This document shows positions 18,717-28,912 of a stretch of 33,525 bases of DNA, in pieces; the stretch's first letter is position 1, and each line of letters begins with the position of its first letter. This DNA is from a virus. Lineage: Duplodnaviria > Heunggongvirae > Uroviricota > Caudoviricetes. The stretch lies in the IMG/VR virus record IMGVR_UViG_2703718822_000009; one strand, given 5' to 3'. The notes under the pieces were generated by a model, which saw only the letters and a list, made by a program, of their open reading frames with translations, searched no databases and was not told the DNA's origin. A program made the translations under genes and the position numbers.

Positions 18717-19458
18717 GCCTTACATTTCTCCTTTCCTGAGCCTGTATCACGCGCAGGCGCATGACGTTCTGCGAATGCTGCCGGAAAACAGTGTGGACGC
18801 GCTCATCACAGACCCGCCATACAGTTCAGGTGCCACACACAAGGCGGGGCGGACATGCCAGGGCAGCCACGCCAAATACATCAACGATGAAGATCTTCAC
18901 CGCTTTGAAGGCTTCGAAGGCGAGAACATGGACGCCCGTTCATGGGAATACTGGACGCATCTGTGGATGACACAGGCATGGCGCACGGTACGACCCGGTG
19001 GTTACGCCCTGGTCTTCACCGACTGGCGGCAGTTGCCCGCGCTGACGGACGCATTCCAGGCCGCCGGTTTTACCTGGCGGGGGATCGTGGCATGGAACAA
19101 GGGACGGGCCTCAAGAACACCGCATACCGGTTATTTTCGTCACCAGTGCGAATATGTGGTCTGGGGCAGTAAAGGCGCGCTGGGCAAATCCCCTTCCGGG
19201 CCGTTCGACGGCTGCATCACGCACCACACACGCCCACAGGAGAAACAGCACCCGACAGGTAAACCGGAATCGTTGATGGATGAGCTTGTGCGCGTGTGTG
19301 AACCCGGAGGGCTGATCCTCGATCCGTTTATGGGGTCCGGCACCACGGGCGTGGCCGCCCTTCGCCGGGGCTGCCGTTTTACGGGTATTGAACTGAACGC
19401 CCACTATTTCAGCGTGGCACAGGCGCGTCTTACGGGGACGGAACAGAGGAGTGACTGA
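18706..19458 (+). CDS. DNA methyltransferase (amino-MTase, N6-adenine or N4-cytosine), orphan
   Basis: Motif IV ITDPPY precedes motif I LDPFMGSGTTGVAA (beta-class order). Start overlaps the holin 3' end; stop overlaps the endolysin start. No adjacent restriction endonuclease. Confidence 0.85.
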   Translation: MTHKPYISPFLSLYHAQAHDVLRMLPENSVDALITDPPYSSGATHKAGRTCQGSHAKYINDEDLHRFEGFEGENMDARSWEYWTHLWMTQAWRTVRPGGYALVFTDWRQLPALTDAFQAAGFTWRGIVAWNKGRASRTPHTGYFRHQCEYVVWGSKGALGKSPSGPFDGCITHHTRPQEKQHPTGKPESLMDELVRVCEPGGLILDPFMGSGTTGVAALRRGCRFTGIELNAHYFSVAQARLTGTEQRSD

Positions 19459-19796
19459 TGAAACTGAGCGAAAAACAACAACTGTTTGCCGTCATGATTG
19501 CCGATCTCATCCACTGGGCACAGGAGCACGGCTATCGCCTGACCTTCGGCGAGGCATACCGCACGCCGGAGCAGGCCGCACTGAATGCGAAAAGCGGAAA
19601 AGGCATTCGCAACAGCCTTCACACGCTGCGCCTCGCGGTGGACTTCAACCTGTTCATTAACGGCGAATACCAGGCCGATACCGACGCCTACAGGCCGCTG
19701 GGGGAATACTGGGAATCCATCGGCGGCACATGGGGCGGACGCTTCAGCCGGGCAGACGGCAATCATTTCAGCCTTGAGCACAACGGGGTGAAATGA
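19458..19796 (+). CDS. Endolysin, peptidase M15-like
   Basis: 112 aa with SLHTLRLAVDF and GNHFSLEH, matching the zinc-binding H...D...H pattern of M15 peptidases; GAGGAG RBS. Confidence 0.78.
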   Translation: MKLSEKQQLFAVMIADLIHWAQEHGYRLTFGEAYRTPEQAALNAKSGKGIRNSLHTLRLAVDFNLFINGEYQADTDAYRPLGEYWESIGGTWGGRFSRADGNHFSLEHNGVK

Positions 19797-20179
19797 TGAA
19801 ACAGGTGGCGGGCTGCCTGGTGATCCTCTTTGCCGCCATGTGGGCGGGCTGGCTGGCCCATGACTGGCATGACGCCAGGGTGGCGCTTGCCGAACAGGAA
19901 GCCATGGAAGCCACGCGACGTGCGGTAACAGAAGCCGGGCAGCAGTCCGCCCGCATACTGGAAAAACGGCTGGAGGCGTTAAAGGGCAATGAAATTCACA
20001 CTGAACGCGTTATTCACACGGAAACCGTCCGCCCGGTATTCCGCAATGTGTGCGCTACTGATGATTACGTCCGGCTGTTCAACGCCCGTGCTGAAGCCGC
20101 TGAGCGTACCCTGGCAGGAAAACCAGCTGACGGAATGCCCGAAGACACTGCCGAGACTGGCAGGCCCGACGGGCGCTGA
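19793..20179 (+). CDS. i-spanin (Rz-like)
   Basis: N-terminal TM segment (VAGCLVILFAAMWAGWLA) then a charged helical periplasmic region; ATGA-coupled to the endolysin. Confidence 0.6.
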   Translation: MMKQVAGCLVILFAAMWAGWLAHDWHDARVALAEQEAMEATRRAVTEAGQQSARILEKRLEALKGNEIHTERVIHTETVRPVFRNVCATDDYVRLFNARAEAAERTLAGKPADGMPEDTAETGRPDGR

Positions 20180-20282
20180 TTTTGATGCGGCACTGCGAAC
20201 CCTCACGAGCCGCTACACCGAATGCGCCGCCAGGCATAACAGCCTGGTGGAAACCATACGAAACACGGAGAAACTGCAATGA
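19989..20282 (+). CDS. o-spanin (Rz1-like lipoprotein), overlapping the i-spanin
   Basis: Alternative frame overlapping the 3' half of the i-spanin; lipobox-like LLMITSG|C; start at 19989 or 20046 unresolved. Confidence 0.55.
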   Translation: MKFTLNALFTRKPSARYSAMCALLMITSGCSTPVLKPLSVPWQENQLTECPKTLPRLAGPTGADFDAALRTLTSRYTECAARHNSLVETIRNTEKLQ

Positions 20283-20554
20283 CCACGAAGAACACCGGCA
20301 CCATCATCCTGTCCGTTGCGGGCGTAACCCTGAGCTTTGAACCGAACAAAACGGCATTTAACAACCTCATCAACGAAATCACGATGACCAACAAGGTGGC
20401 GCCGATGAGCACCTATCTTAACCGCATCGTGACACCTGCCAGCCGCGACGCACTGGCTGACCTGATTGCGCGTTATCCGGGCTGTGAGATGCAGATCGTC
20501 GAGAAGATTAACGAGGTTTACTCCCCGAAACTGGAGATTGAGTTAAAAAACTGA
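20279..20554 (+). CDS. Tail assembly chaperone, short form (gpE / lambda G analogue)
   Basis: 91-aa ORF immediately upstream of the tape measure gene; ends ...ELKN with the heptamer A AAA AAC just before the stop. Confidence 0.6.
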   Translation: MTTKNTGTIILSVAGVTLSFEPNKTAFNNLINEITMTNKVAPMSTYLNRIVTPASRDALADLIARYPGCEMQIVEKINEVYSPKLEIELKN

Positions 20555-20742
20555 CCGCGCGGGTCGAAAGCATCCGCCGCAATCCCCTTGAGCAGTATCT
20601 GGCATTGCGGCGTCACTACCTCCCCGGAGAGCCGGACGACGAAGAGAGCATCGCCCGTGCCATCTGGCTGGATGAATATTTTGCCCGTACCCGCGCCAAC
20701 AAGACCGCTGAAGGTATAGCGATCGCATTTAACGGAAGGTGA
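20279..20742 (+). CDS. Tail assembly chaperone, frameshift-extended long form (gpE'/GT analogue)
   Basis: Zero frame to 20551, then -1 frame 20551..20742 (LTARVESIRRNPLEQYLALRRHYLPGEPDDEESIARAIWLDEYFARTRANKTAEGIAIAFNGR). Confidence 0.5.
20545..20551 (+). promoter_or_regulatory. Putative -1 programmed frameshift slippery heptamer (A AAA AAC)
   Basis: X XXY YYZ heptamer three nt before the chaperone stop. The -1 frame is open for 64 codons to a stop at 20740-20742, directly abutting the tape measure ATG at 20744. Confidence 0.55.
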
Positions 20743-20743
20743 C

Positions 20744-22930
20744 ATGGCCAGCCAGCTGGATTTCATTATCAATCTGACAGACCAGCTTACCCGCCCGCTG
20801 CGGCAGGTTCAGGAATCCGTGACGGGATTCGCCGAACGCTCGCAAGGCGCGTTCGCGCGTATCGGTGTGGGTGTGGCCGGACTGTGGGGCGTGGCCGAAG
20901 GTATCCGCGCCGCGATGGATCCGGCGTGGGAGATGCAGAAGGCGCTGGGCGAGCTTGAGGCCAAAGGCGTCGGGGCGCAGGCGCTGACCGCCCTCACCAC
21001 GCAGGCCATGAAACTGGGGACCGCATTCGGTCAGTCTTCCACGGAGATCATCCGTTCCGCATGGCATATTCGCGGCGCACTGGACGGACTGAGCGACGGG
21101 GATTTACCCCGTGTGACGGCAGCAACCAGCACCCTGGCCGTGGCTGCCCGCGTCAGCAGCGAAGAGGCGAGCGGCTACCTTGCCGCCATGGGTGCCCGTT
21201 TCCGCAGTGAGTTTTCTGCCATGGGTGCCGTGGGGTTTGCTGAAGATCTGGCAGGTAAAACCGCGTGGATGGTTCAGCAGTTCGGCGTGGAAATGAGCAC
21301 CATGCAGGAGCTTATTGAGGGCACCAAAAACGCGGGCGCGGATTTTGGCGTCAGCATGGCAGAGCAGTTTGCCATACTGGGCACCCTGTCACGGACCATG
21401 GGCACCGAGGCATCGGGCATCTATGAGGAATTCCTGCGCAGTGCCCCCGCTGCCGCACAAAAAATGGGGATGAGTTTTGTCGATGCCACCGGGAAGATTT
21501 TACCCATGGGTGACATCCTCGACCGTCTGCAGGCGAGGTTCGGCAGGAACATTGAGGGTAACGTGGCGGCACAACAGGCGCTGGATGACGCCTTCGGCAG
21601 TGGCGCGGACGTGATTAAAAAACTCTGGGGACAGCAGGAAATGCTTAACCGGAGCATATCAGCGCTGGGGCGTAATGACGGCATGAAGCGTGCCACGGAA
21701 ATGGCGGAAGCCATGACCGACCCGTGGGACCGCCTTGTGGCCTCCTTCTACAACATCCGGGCCGCCATCGGTAACGCCCTCTACCCCATTCTCGCACCAC
21801 TGGCTGGCCGTTTTGCCGATATCGGCGCGACGTTCGTGCGCTGGCTGAACATGTTCCCGAACATCGCCCGCTGGCTGGGTTACATCACGCTGACCATGCT
21901 GGCGCTGGGCGCAGCCGGTGCGGTCACGAACATCGTGCTGGGTGTGTTCAGCTTCATCATGGAAGGCCATAAGGCCATCATAAAGGGCGCCAGGGCAGCC
22001 TGGAGTCTGTACACGCTTGCACTCACAAAAGTACGCAGTGCCATCATTGCCACCAGTCTTGCCGCGCGTCTGGCGGGCGTGTCGTTTCTGACCATGAGCG
22101 CCCCGGTCCTCCTGGTTGCCGCCGCCATCGCTGCTCTGGTGGTGGTGGCCATTAAGTTCTGGCAGCCCATCAAAGCCTTTATTCGCGGCTTTATTGATGG
22201 TTTTACCAGCGCACTGGACGCCATGAGCCCGGTGACTGCCGCGTTCGGTGACATTGCCCGGGCGCTGGCCCCGGTATGGCAGGGCATAAAAACACTGTTC
22301 AGTGCCTTCTCCGATCTGTTTGCACCGGTACAGCTGACCACGGGACAGATGAACAGCGTCACCCGTGCCGGGGAAACATGCGGTCGCGTGGTGGCCGCAG
22401 CGGTAAGCATGATATCCCCCGCGCTGGAGGTGGTTATCAGCGTGATCAGAACCCTGATCGACATCTTCGCCATCGTCATCAGAGGGTGGCAGGACGTGGT
22501 GGCTGCATTTGACCCGACCGCCCCGGTCGAATCCTTCCGGAAAATGGCGGGGATCATCGGTAACGTCTTCGGGGACTTATGGAACGTCATTAAAAACTCG
22601 TTTAACCGGACGTGGAACTGGCTTGCGGAAAAGCTGAACAAAATCCCCGGTATCAGTATCGACATGAAGCCCACGGAGCAGGTGAACACCATGACGCGGG
22701 GCGCAACAGGCAGCACCGTACCTCCGCAGATTGCAGAAACCGCCGTCCCGGCACTGGCAGGCAACCGCATCAGCGCAGAGCTGCCACCCGGAGGCATACG
22801 CAACCAGATACGCACGGACACCTCAACCCGTATCGACAACAGCCGGACGTTCGGCAATCTGACAATCAACACGCAGAACCCGATGACGCCGGGGCAACTG
22901 GATGAATGGACGGAGCTTTACGCGGGATGA
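20744..22930 (+). CDS. Tail tape measure protein
   Basis: 728 aa; Ala/Gly-rich helical N-terminal region and hydrophobic central segments; follows the frameshifting chaperone. Confidence 0.85.
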   Translation: MASQLDFIINLTDQLTRPLRQVQESVTGFAERSQGAFARIGVGVAGLWGVAEGIRAAMDPAWEMQKALGELEAKGVGAQALTALTTQAMKLGTAFGQSSTEIIRSAWHIRGALDGLSDGDLPRVTAATSTLAVAARVSSEEASGYLAAMGARFRSEFSAMGAVGFAEDLAGKTAWMVQQFGVEMSTMQELIEGTKNAGADFGVSMAEQFAILGTLSRTMGTEASGIYEEFLRSAPAAAQKMGMSFVDATGKILPMGDILDRLQARFGRNIEGNVAAQQALDDAFGSGADVIKKLWGQQEMLNRSISALGRNDGMKRATEMAEAMTDPWDRLVASFYNIRAAIGNALYPILAPLAGRFADIGATFVRWLNMFPNIARWLGYITLTMLALGAAGAVTNIVLGVFSFIMEGHKAIIKGARAAWSLYTLALTKVRSAIIATSLAARLAGVSFLTMSAPVLLVAAAIAALVVVAIKFWQPIKAFIRGFIDGFTSALDAMSPVTAAFGDIARALAPVWQGIKTLFSAFSDLFAPVQLTTGQMNSVTRAGETCGRVVAAAVSMISPALEVVISVIRTLIDIFAIVIRGWQDVVAAFDPTAPVESFRKMAGIIGNVFGDLWNVIKNSFNRTWNWLAEKLNKIPGISIDMKPTEQVNTMTRGATGSTVPPQIAETAVPALAGNRISAELPPGGIRNQIRTDTSTRIDNSRTFGNLTINTQNPMTPGQLDEWTELYAG

Positions 22931-23277
22931 ACACGCCATCGCTTTACATCGACCTGCTTATCACTGACGGCAGTTTTACGCTGAACAGCGGAAACGAGCC
23001 ACAGCGATGTGATAACCGGGTCAGCATCGGCCAGGACGTGGTGCACAGCATTATCGAAAGCGGGATCGCCGCCCTGCTTATCGGCGAACGCAGCCCGACG
23101 CTGCGCAGCGACATCATTACCCGGCTTATCCTCCTGGTTGAGGATGATGAACGGCTGGTTCCGGGGACGGTGTTCATTAACGAAGAGGCACCGGGCAGGC
23201 TGCATGTGACGGCAGAGACACAGGATTTTGGACGCATAAACACCAGGGTGAACTATGAAAGGGAAACCGGACGTTGA
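22927..23277 (+). CDS. Putative baseplate protein (gpW/gp25-like by size and position)
   Basis: ORF 22906..23277 trimmed to the ATG at 22927, which overlaps the tape measure stop; about 116 aa preceding the J-like gene. Confidence 0.45.
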   Translation: MNTPSLYIDLLITDGSFTLNSGNEPQRCDNRVSIGQDVVHSIIESGIAALLIGERSPTLRSDIITRLILLVEDDERLVPGTVFINEEAPGRLHVTAETQDFGRINTRVNYERETGR

Positions 23278-24439
23278 TTTTAATCAGGTATTCCGTGAAA
23301 GCGGTATGCCGGAAACAGAAGAAGAGATCGCCACCCTCTTTCATGAGGATGTACAGAAAACCGGACTCATCACCAACACCTCGCCCATGAGTCCCTTCTG
23401 GCGGCTCATTCTGACCATTGTCATACGACCCGTTCAGTGGCTGCGTGATGCGCTGGTTGACGTTGTACTGCCCGGTATGTTTGTCGCCACGGCTGACCGG
23501 TCACTTCTTCTGCTTCATGCGCACGACGTCAACATCACCCCAAAACCGGCCAGTAAGGCCAGTGGCGTGATCTGGTTTGCCAAAACCAGGGCAAATGATG
23601 ATGTTCTCATCCCCGAAGGGACCATCGTCCAGACCGCCAGAATTAACGGCGTGATATACAGCATGGCCGTCACGGAGGAAACGCTTATCAGCAGCGGTAA
23701 AAGCGGCGCATCCGTTCCCGTGGAAGCCACCACCGAAGGCAGCGGGCACAACCTCGCGCCGGGGTACTTCCGTATCCTTCCCGTTGCCATTCCCGGCATT
23801 GCATCCGTGGTGAACCGGGAAGACTGGCTGACCGTACCGGGTGCCGATGAGGAAAGCGACGACGAACTGCGCGACAGAATACGCAACCAGTTTAACCTCG
23901 TGAGCAGTTACCACACGGATGCCGTCTACCGGGGACTTATCGCCAGCGTGGCAGGCCTGAGCATCGACCGGATCTACTTTCAGCACGACGCCCCGAGAGG
24001 ACCGGGAACGGCCAACGCCTACCTGTTACTGGACAGCGGCGAGGCCTCTGCCCCTTTCATTGAAGCAGTCAACCGCTACATCAACGAAGAGGGGCACCAC
24101 GGACACGGGGATGATTTGCAGTGTTTCGCCATGCCGGAGACGCGTCACCGTCTGGACGTCACCGCATACATCAGAAGTTCCACCACCCTGCCACCGGACG
24201 GCGCGGAAGGGCTGAAACAGGATATCGGCGACCTGATACGCTGCGCTTTCCGGGAGAACGCCCGCTTTAATGTGAAAAAAGTCTGGCCCTATTCGCGCTT
24301 TTCGTTTTCCACGCTGGGCAAGGAAATTCATCAGACCTTCCCGGTGGTGGCTTCGGTTCAGTTTTCACTGGAAGACATCATCAGCGATCTGGCCGTGCCA
24401 CGGCTCGAATCCCTGACAGTGGAGGTGGTCATTGAATGA
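23255..24439 (+). CDS. Baseplate protein, gpJ-like
   Basis: 394 aa, positioned between the W-like and I-like genes. Confidence 0.6.
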   Translation: MKGKPDVDFNQVFRESGMPETEEEIATLFHEDVQKTGLITNTSPMSPFWRLILTIVIRPVQWLRDALVDVVLPGMFVATADRSLLLLHAHDVNITPKPASKASGVIWFAKTRANDDVLIPEGTIVQTARINGVIYSMAVTEETLISSGKSGASVPVEATTEGSGHNLAPGYFRILPVAIPGIASVVNREDWLTVPGADEESDDELRDRIRNQFNLVSSYHTDAVYRGLIASVAGLSIDRIYFQHDAPRGPGTANAYLLLDSGEASAPFIEAVNRYINEEGHHGHGDDLQCFAMPETRHRLDVTAYIRSSTTLPPDGAEGLKQDIGDLIRCAFRENARFNVKKVWPYSRFSFSTLGKEIHQTFPVVASVQFSLEDIISDLAVPRLESLTVEVVIE

Positions 24440-24980
24440 CTTTTTGCAGCGGCTTCGCTCGCTGAAACTGCCCTCCTGGATGGACAGGGGGGAACCCGAC
24501 AAACTGCTGCGGGCCGCGCAGGCGTTCTGGTCCCGCGTATGGGAATGGATCACCTGGCCCGTGCGCCAGTTTGACCCCATGACATGTGCAGAGCCCGTAC
24601 TTGATTTACTGGCATGGGAGCGGGACATCACCCGTTTTAAAGGTGAACCCACATCACTGTACCGCCGCCGTATCGCCCACGCCTTTGTCAATGCACAGGA
24701 CGCCGGAGAGGTGGCAGGATTTATTGCCATTTTTGAACGGCTGGGCATTGGACATGTGGAGTTGCAGGAGCGCAAGCCCGGCGTGGACTGGGATGTGATC
24801 CTGGTGCAGGTGACAGACAGCCAGATAGCCGACAACAGCGATCTTCTTCTGGAGATCATCCGCAAATATGGCAGGACATGCCGCCGTTACCGTTTTGAGG
24901 TGGAAACCCTTAACCCCTTCATCATCCATTATGGCGCATACGAAGGGGAGTATATCTGCTGGACGGCCAGGGCAGAGTGA
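24432..24980 (+). CDS. Baseplate/tail protein, P2 gpI-like
   Basis: TTG start after GGAGGTGG. MTCAEPVLDLLAWERDI...RRRIAHAF...GFIAIFERLGIGHVELQERKPG resembles P2 gpI as recalled. Confidence 0.65.
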   Translation: MNDFLQRLRSLKLPSWMDRGEPDKLLRAAQAFWSRVWEWITWPVRQFDPMTCAEPVLDLLAWERDITRFKGEPTSLYRRRIAHAFVNAQDAGEVAGFIAIFERLGIGHVELQERKPGVDWDVILVQVTDSQIADNSDLLLEIIRKYGRTCRRYRFEVETLNPFIIHYGAYEGEYICWTARAE

Positions 24981-25002
24981 ATGACTGAAGGAGTATGACT
25001 TT

Positions 25003-27063
25003 ATGGCGAAATCTGTAATTACCAGCGCCTTTATCCGGCTCAAGGCACAGCAGGCGGCGGAAGGCACCCCCGTTGTGCTGGATGAGTTTGTTTTTGCAAA
25101 CGTCCCGGACCTCAACCCGGAAACACCGGTATCCCCCGACGAAACCCTGCCACCTGAAGATCAGATTGTTCACCGCCAGGCCGTTGGCAAAACCGGCGTG
25201 GTGAATGAGAATGCCGTGGTTTATTCGGTCACCCTGGGGGCAGAGCTGGGTGATTTTGAATTTAACTGGGTGGGACTGGTCAGCAAAGCAACCAGCACGC
25301 TGGCCATGATTGTTCACGCCCCCACACAGAAAAAAATCAGAACCCACAACGGTAACGAAGGTAATGTGCTGGTCCGTTCCATGCTCATGGAGTACAGCGG
25401 TGCGAAGGAAGCCACAGGTATCACCACCCCGGCGCAGACCTGGCAGATAGACTTCACGGCACGCCTGGCGGCCATGGACGAGCGCCAGCGCCGGGAAAAC
25501 ATCGATATTTACGGTAACGCTGCATTCTTTGGGGACGGCTGGCTGGTTAAAAAAGGCGAAAGATGGTCACTCTGCAAAGGGACCGGTTACGTGGAGGGAT
25601 TACGCGCAGAGCTGACCGAAGACATACCGCTGACCACGCCAGACTTCCCGTCCCGTATCTGGCTGACAGTATGGTGGACCGGTACGCTCACCAGTGAATG
25701 GACGGTGGAGCACGATATTATCATGGCCGACCCCGCCGCCACGGAAGAGATCCTGCTGGAAGCACACAGGAAGGAGGCCGCCCGGCAATATTTTTTTGCC
25801 CTTGCTGACATTGATGAAGACGGCAACGTGACTGACCTGCGCCCCAGAGGAACGCCGGAAGAACGCCGCTGGCTGGACGCTCTGAAAAAACACGAGAAAT
25901 CACGCAACCACCCGGACGCAACGCTGAAAGAAAAGGGCTTCACACAGTTAAGCAGCGCCACCACCAGTACATCAGAGACACAGGCAGCCACGCCAAAGGC
26001 TATAAAGATCGCCATGGACAACGCCGATGGTCGGCTTGCGAAAAACCGCAATGGTGAGGACATCCCCAACAAGGAGCTGTTCCTGATCAACGTGGGCGCA
26101 CCACGCGTTTATGCAAAAGACGGGTACGTGGGTGAAGCAGGGCAACGCTGGACAACAGAACAATTCGTGGAATGGCTGAATGAACGTGGCGCCTTCAGAC
26201 CAGGACTCTGGATATTCAAAGCCAATATTTCACTTTCCCGGCACAGCGTGCTCACTGATACGGGCTATGGTGATATCTGCCTTGGAGGCTGCCTTATCGA
26301 AGTATCAGGCGACATCAACGGGGGGATCATCAGGATCACGACAGGTCTCGAAAGCCCAAACCCTGCCGACATGTACCTCCGCACACAGTTCACCGGGGTT
26401 GTTTTAAATAAAGGGAAAAGCACCATCTGGTACCGCACTTACACGGACAAAAACAAACCCACACCACAGGACATCGGCGCACTGCCTGCAAGTGAGTTGT
26501 TACCCGCAGGCGTTCCCCTGCCGTGGCCGTCAGACACCCCACCTGCCGGTTACGCCATCATGGTGGGGCAGACATTCGATAAAGCACGATATCCCCTGCT
26601 GGCAAAAGCCTATCCGGATGGTCGTATCCCGGATATGCGTGGCTGGACAATCAAGGGAAAACCTGCCAGCGGTCGTGCGGTATTGTCACAGGAGCAGGAC
26701 GGCATCAAATCGCACACCCACGGAGGGAGCGTCTCAAATACTGACCTTGGCACAAAAACGACCTCATCCTTCAATTACGGCACAAAAACAACAAACAGCG
26801 CGGGGCCGTTCAGCGCAACAATATCATTAAGAACCGCCACCGCGTCACCGGAAGGCGGCGGTGACTGGACCGCATACGGGCCGGGCTCCGGGGCGAACCT
26901 GATCGCCAGAGTTTCGGAACACACACATTCGGTAAGCATTGGCGAACACATCCACACGCTCGCACTGGGTCAACATGGCCACGGCCTGACCATTAACCCC
27001 ACCGGTAATGCGGAAAACACCGTCAAAAACATCGCATTTAACTACATCGTGAGGCTTGCATAA
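25003..27063 (+). CDS. Tail fibre protein, P2 gpH-like
   Basis: [39 protein letters not shown] matches the conserved gpH segment; C-terminus ...[11 protein letters not shown] is the typical enterobacterial fibre terminus. Confidence 0.85.
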   Translation: MAKSVITSAFIRLKAQQAAEGTPVVLDEFVFANVPDLNPETPVSPDETLPPEDQIVHRQAVGKTGVVNENAVVYSVTLGAELGDFEFNWVGLVSKATSTLAMIVHAPTQKKIRTHNGNEGNVLVRSMLMEYSGAKEATGITTPAQTWQIDFTARLAAMDERQRRENIDIYGNAAFFGDGWLVKKGERWSLCKGTGYVEGLRAELTEDIPLTTPDFPSRIWLTVWWTGTLTSEWTVEHDIIMADPAATEEILLEAHRKEAARQYFFALADIDEDGNVTDLRPRGTPEERRWLDALKKHEKSRNHPDATLKEKGFTQLSSATTSTSETQAATPKAIKIAMDNADGRLAKNRNGEDIPNKELFLINVGAPRVYAKDGYVGEAGQRWTTEQFVEWLNERGAFRPGLWIFKANISLSRHSVLTDTGYGDICLGGCLIEVSGDINGGIIRITTGLESPNPADMYLRTQFTGVVLNKGKSTIWYRTYTDKNKPTPQDIGALPASELLPAGVPLPWPSDTPPAGYAIMVGQTFDKARYPLLAKAYPDGRIPDMRGWTIKGKPASGRAVLSQEQDGIKSHTHGGSVSNTDLGTKTTSSFNYGTKTTNSAGPFSATISLRTATASPEGGGDWTAYGPGSGANLIARVSEHTHSVSIGEHIHTLALGQHGHGLTINPTGNAENTVKNIAFNYIVRLA

Positions 27064-27659
27064 TGACCTTTAAAATGAGCGAACACCCACAGACAATTAA
27101 AATCTACAACCTGTCAGCCGGAACAAATGAATTTATCGGCGAAGGCGATGCCTGGATCCCTCCGCATACCGGACTGCCTGCGCACTCAACGGACATTGCC
27201 CCGCCTGACATTCCTGAAGGACACGTGGCTATCTTTGATGAGGATGAAAACGCCTGGCACCTCATGGAAGATCACCGGGGTAAAGCCGTCTGGCGTCTGG
27301 AGTCGGGGAGCGCCTTACTGATTACTGAGCCGGGCCCGTTACCGGAAAACGTGACAGAAATAAAACCGGACGGGGAGTTCTGCCGGTGGGATGGTTCATC
27401 ATGGGTTAAGGATGAAGCAGCAGAACAGGCTTACCGGGTGAGCGAGGCGGAGAACAAAAAACGGGAATTAATACAGGAAGCAACAAATACAATAAACATC
27501 CTCCAGGATGCCGTGGATTTAAATATGGCGACCGACGATGAAAGCGCCCTGCTTCCCCTGTGGAAAAAATACCGGGTATTACTGAACCGGACAGACACGG
27601 GCAACGCGCCGGATATTGTCTGGCCTGAATCCCCTTCGCCGGATCATCACGCAGGCTGA
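27063..27659 (+). CDS. Tail fibre assembly chaperone (gpG/Tfa-like)
   Basis: 198 aa directly after the fibre gene with a 1-nt overlap; N-terminus typical of Tfa proteins (pattern-level). Confidence 0.75.
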   Translation: MTFKMSEHPQTIKIYNLSAGTNEFIGEGDAWIPPHTGLPAHSTDIAPPDIPEGHVAIFDEDENAWHLMEDHRGKAVWRLESGSALLITEPGPLPENVTEIKPDGEFCRWDGSSWVKDEAAEQAYRVSEAENKKRELIQEATNTINILQDAVDLNMATDDESALLPLWKKYRVLLNRTDTGNAPDIVWPESPSPDHHAG

Positions 27660-27670
27660 CCGGAGGCACC

Positions 27671-28396
27671 ATGACGTGGACAAGAAAAACAATCAGCGTC
27701 AGCGCTGACATGCCCCCGCTGAGCTGTTCCGTCATCCCCGTCACACCGTGGACTTACGGGCTGGGACGATATGAAGAATCGGGGGTATATTTAAGCCCTC
27801 CGAACGCCATAAACTGGCTGGCCGGGAAAATGGCCGGAAGCCGTGCATCCGGCGACGTGACCATTATCATGATTGCCGAAAACACCCACGATCTTTTTAT
27901 ACAGTCAATGGCGGCACTGACCACCGTTCTGCCCGTGCCGGTATTCACGCAGGCACAGCGCATGGCACAGGCTGCCGCCAGTCTGAGCACTGACAAAATG
28001 CAAATCCCGATCACCACCGACACCCTGCCCGCACCTGTGCATCTTTCCGTTTCCACAATACGCAGCGCAGTCAGTGCCGCCCGTGCAGCACAGGCCAGGC
28101 AGCTGGCAGCACAACGCCCGGATGCCGCAGGGCTTCGCCGCCAGATAAGCCGCTTTATCAGCAGACGGGCTGGCGCACTTGCCGGACTGGAAGAGGGGAT
28201 CAGAACACTGGCAGAACAGAAGGCGCAGGCCTGGGTATTTCAGTACCGGGGGTATCACCGCGCCGCAGCGGCGGCCATGGTGAAGGATATCCCGGCACCG
28301 ACCGCCGTACATACTGTGGCCGCACTCCTGGCGGCAGACTCATTAACCGAACTGGGGAAAATGATCCATGAGCCAGACCGCACTGCTCGCCCTTGA
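27671..28396 (+). CDS. Hypothetical tail-module protein
   Basis: GGAGG RBS; Ala-rich 241-aa protein between the Tfa gene and the hub/spike gene. Confidence 0.45.
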   Translation: MTWTRKTISVSADMPPLSCSVIPVTPWTYGLGRYEESGVYLSPPNAINWLAGKMAGSRASGDVTIIMIAENTHDLFIQSMAALTTVLPVPVFTQAQRMAQAAASLSTDKMQIPITTDTLPAPVHLSVSTIRSAVSAARAAQARQLAAQRPDAAGLRRQISRFISRRAGALAGLEEGIRTLAEQKAQAWVFQYRGYHRAAAAAMVKDIPAPTAVHTVAALLAADSLTELGKMIHEPDRTARP

Positions 28397-28910
28397 TGGT
28401 GAGGGTATTTTCATGCAGAACATGGTGATTTCGCCCTCGATGCAGTTCCAGGAAAAGGACCAGTCCGGTCAGACATCGAGCACCGCGAACGCCGAGCAGG
28501 GCATCAAGGCCAAAGAGCTTCGCGTAACCGGGATGATCACCTTTGACAATGAGCGGGCCCTTCAGCGCATTTTCCAGCTGGCCTCTGCCACCACCGGGGA
28601 CGGTGCCCTGAAAGTTTACCGTATCGCAAACGCCACCGCTGCCGCCATTAACTTTCGTGAAGGGACATTTTCCGGGCAGATAGACGCACAGCAGCAGACC
28701 GACCGCCTCGCCTGGCAGGTCAGCTTCACATTACGCGAAAGACGAAGCGTACCGGAAAAACGCCAGGCACGCGCCACCCCCGGCAGCAGCCGTAAACAGA
28801 CGCCGCAGACGCCCGGCGCAAAAGGCAAAACCGTGGCCAACGAAACACCGGAGAAAATGACCTGGTTCGAAGAAAAGGTCCTCAAACCCGTCAATGATGC
28901 GCTGGAGTAA
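28368..28910 (+). CDS. Hypothetical tail-module protein (start uncertain)
   Basis: ORF 28368..28910; an alternative ATG at 28413 has a GAGGG RBS and avoids overlap with the upstream gene. Confidence 0.45.
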   Translation: MSQTALLALDGEGIFMQNMVISPSMQFQEKDQSGQTSSTANAEQGIKAKELRVTGMITFDNERALQRIFQLASATTGDGALKVYRIANATAAAINFREGTFSGQIDAQQQTDRLAWQVSFTLRERRSVPEKRQARATPGSSRKQTPQTPGAKGKTVANETPEKMTWFEEKVLKPVNDALE

Positions 28911-28912
28911 CC

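Noticed and set aside
21880-22872. 330-aa minus-strand ORF inside the tape measure gene
   Set aside because: Antisense to the tape measure gene; low-complexity Ala/Ser/Thr-rich translation typical of GC-rich antisense frames.
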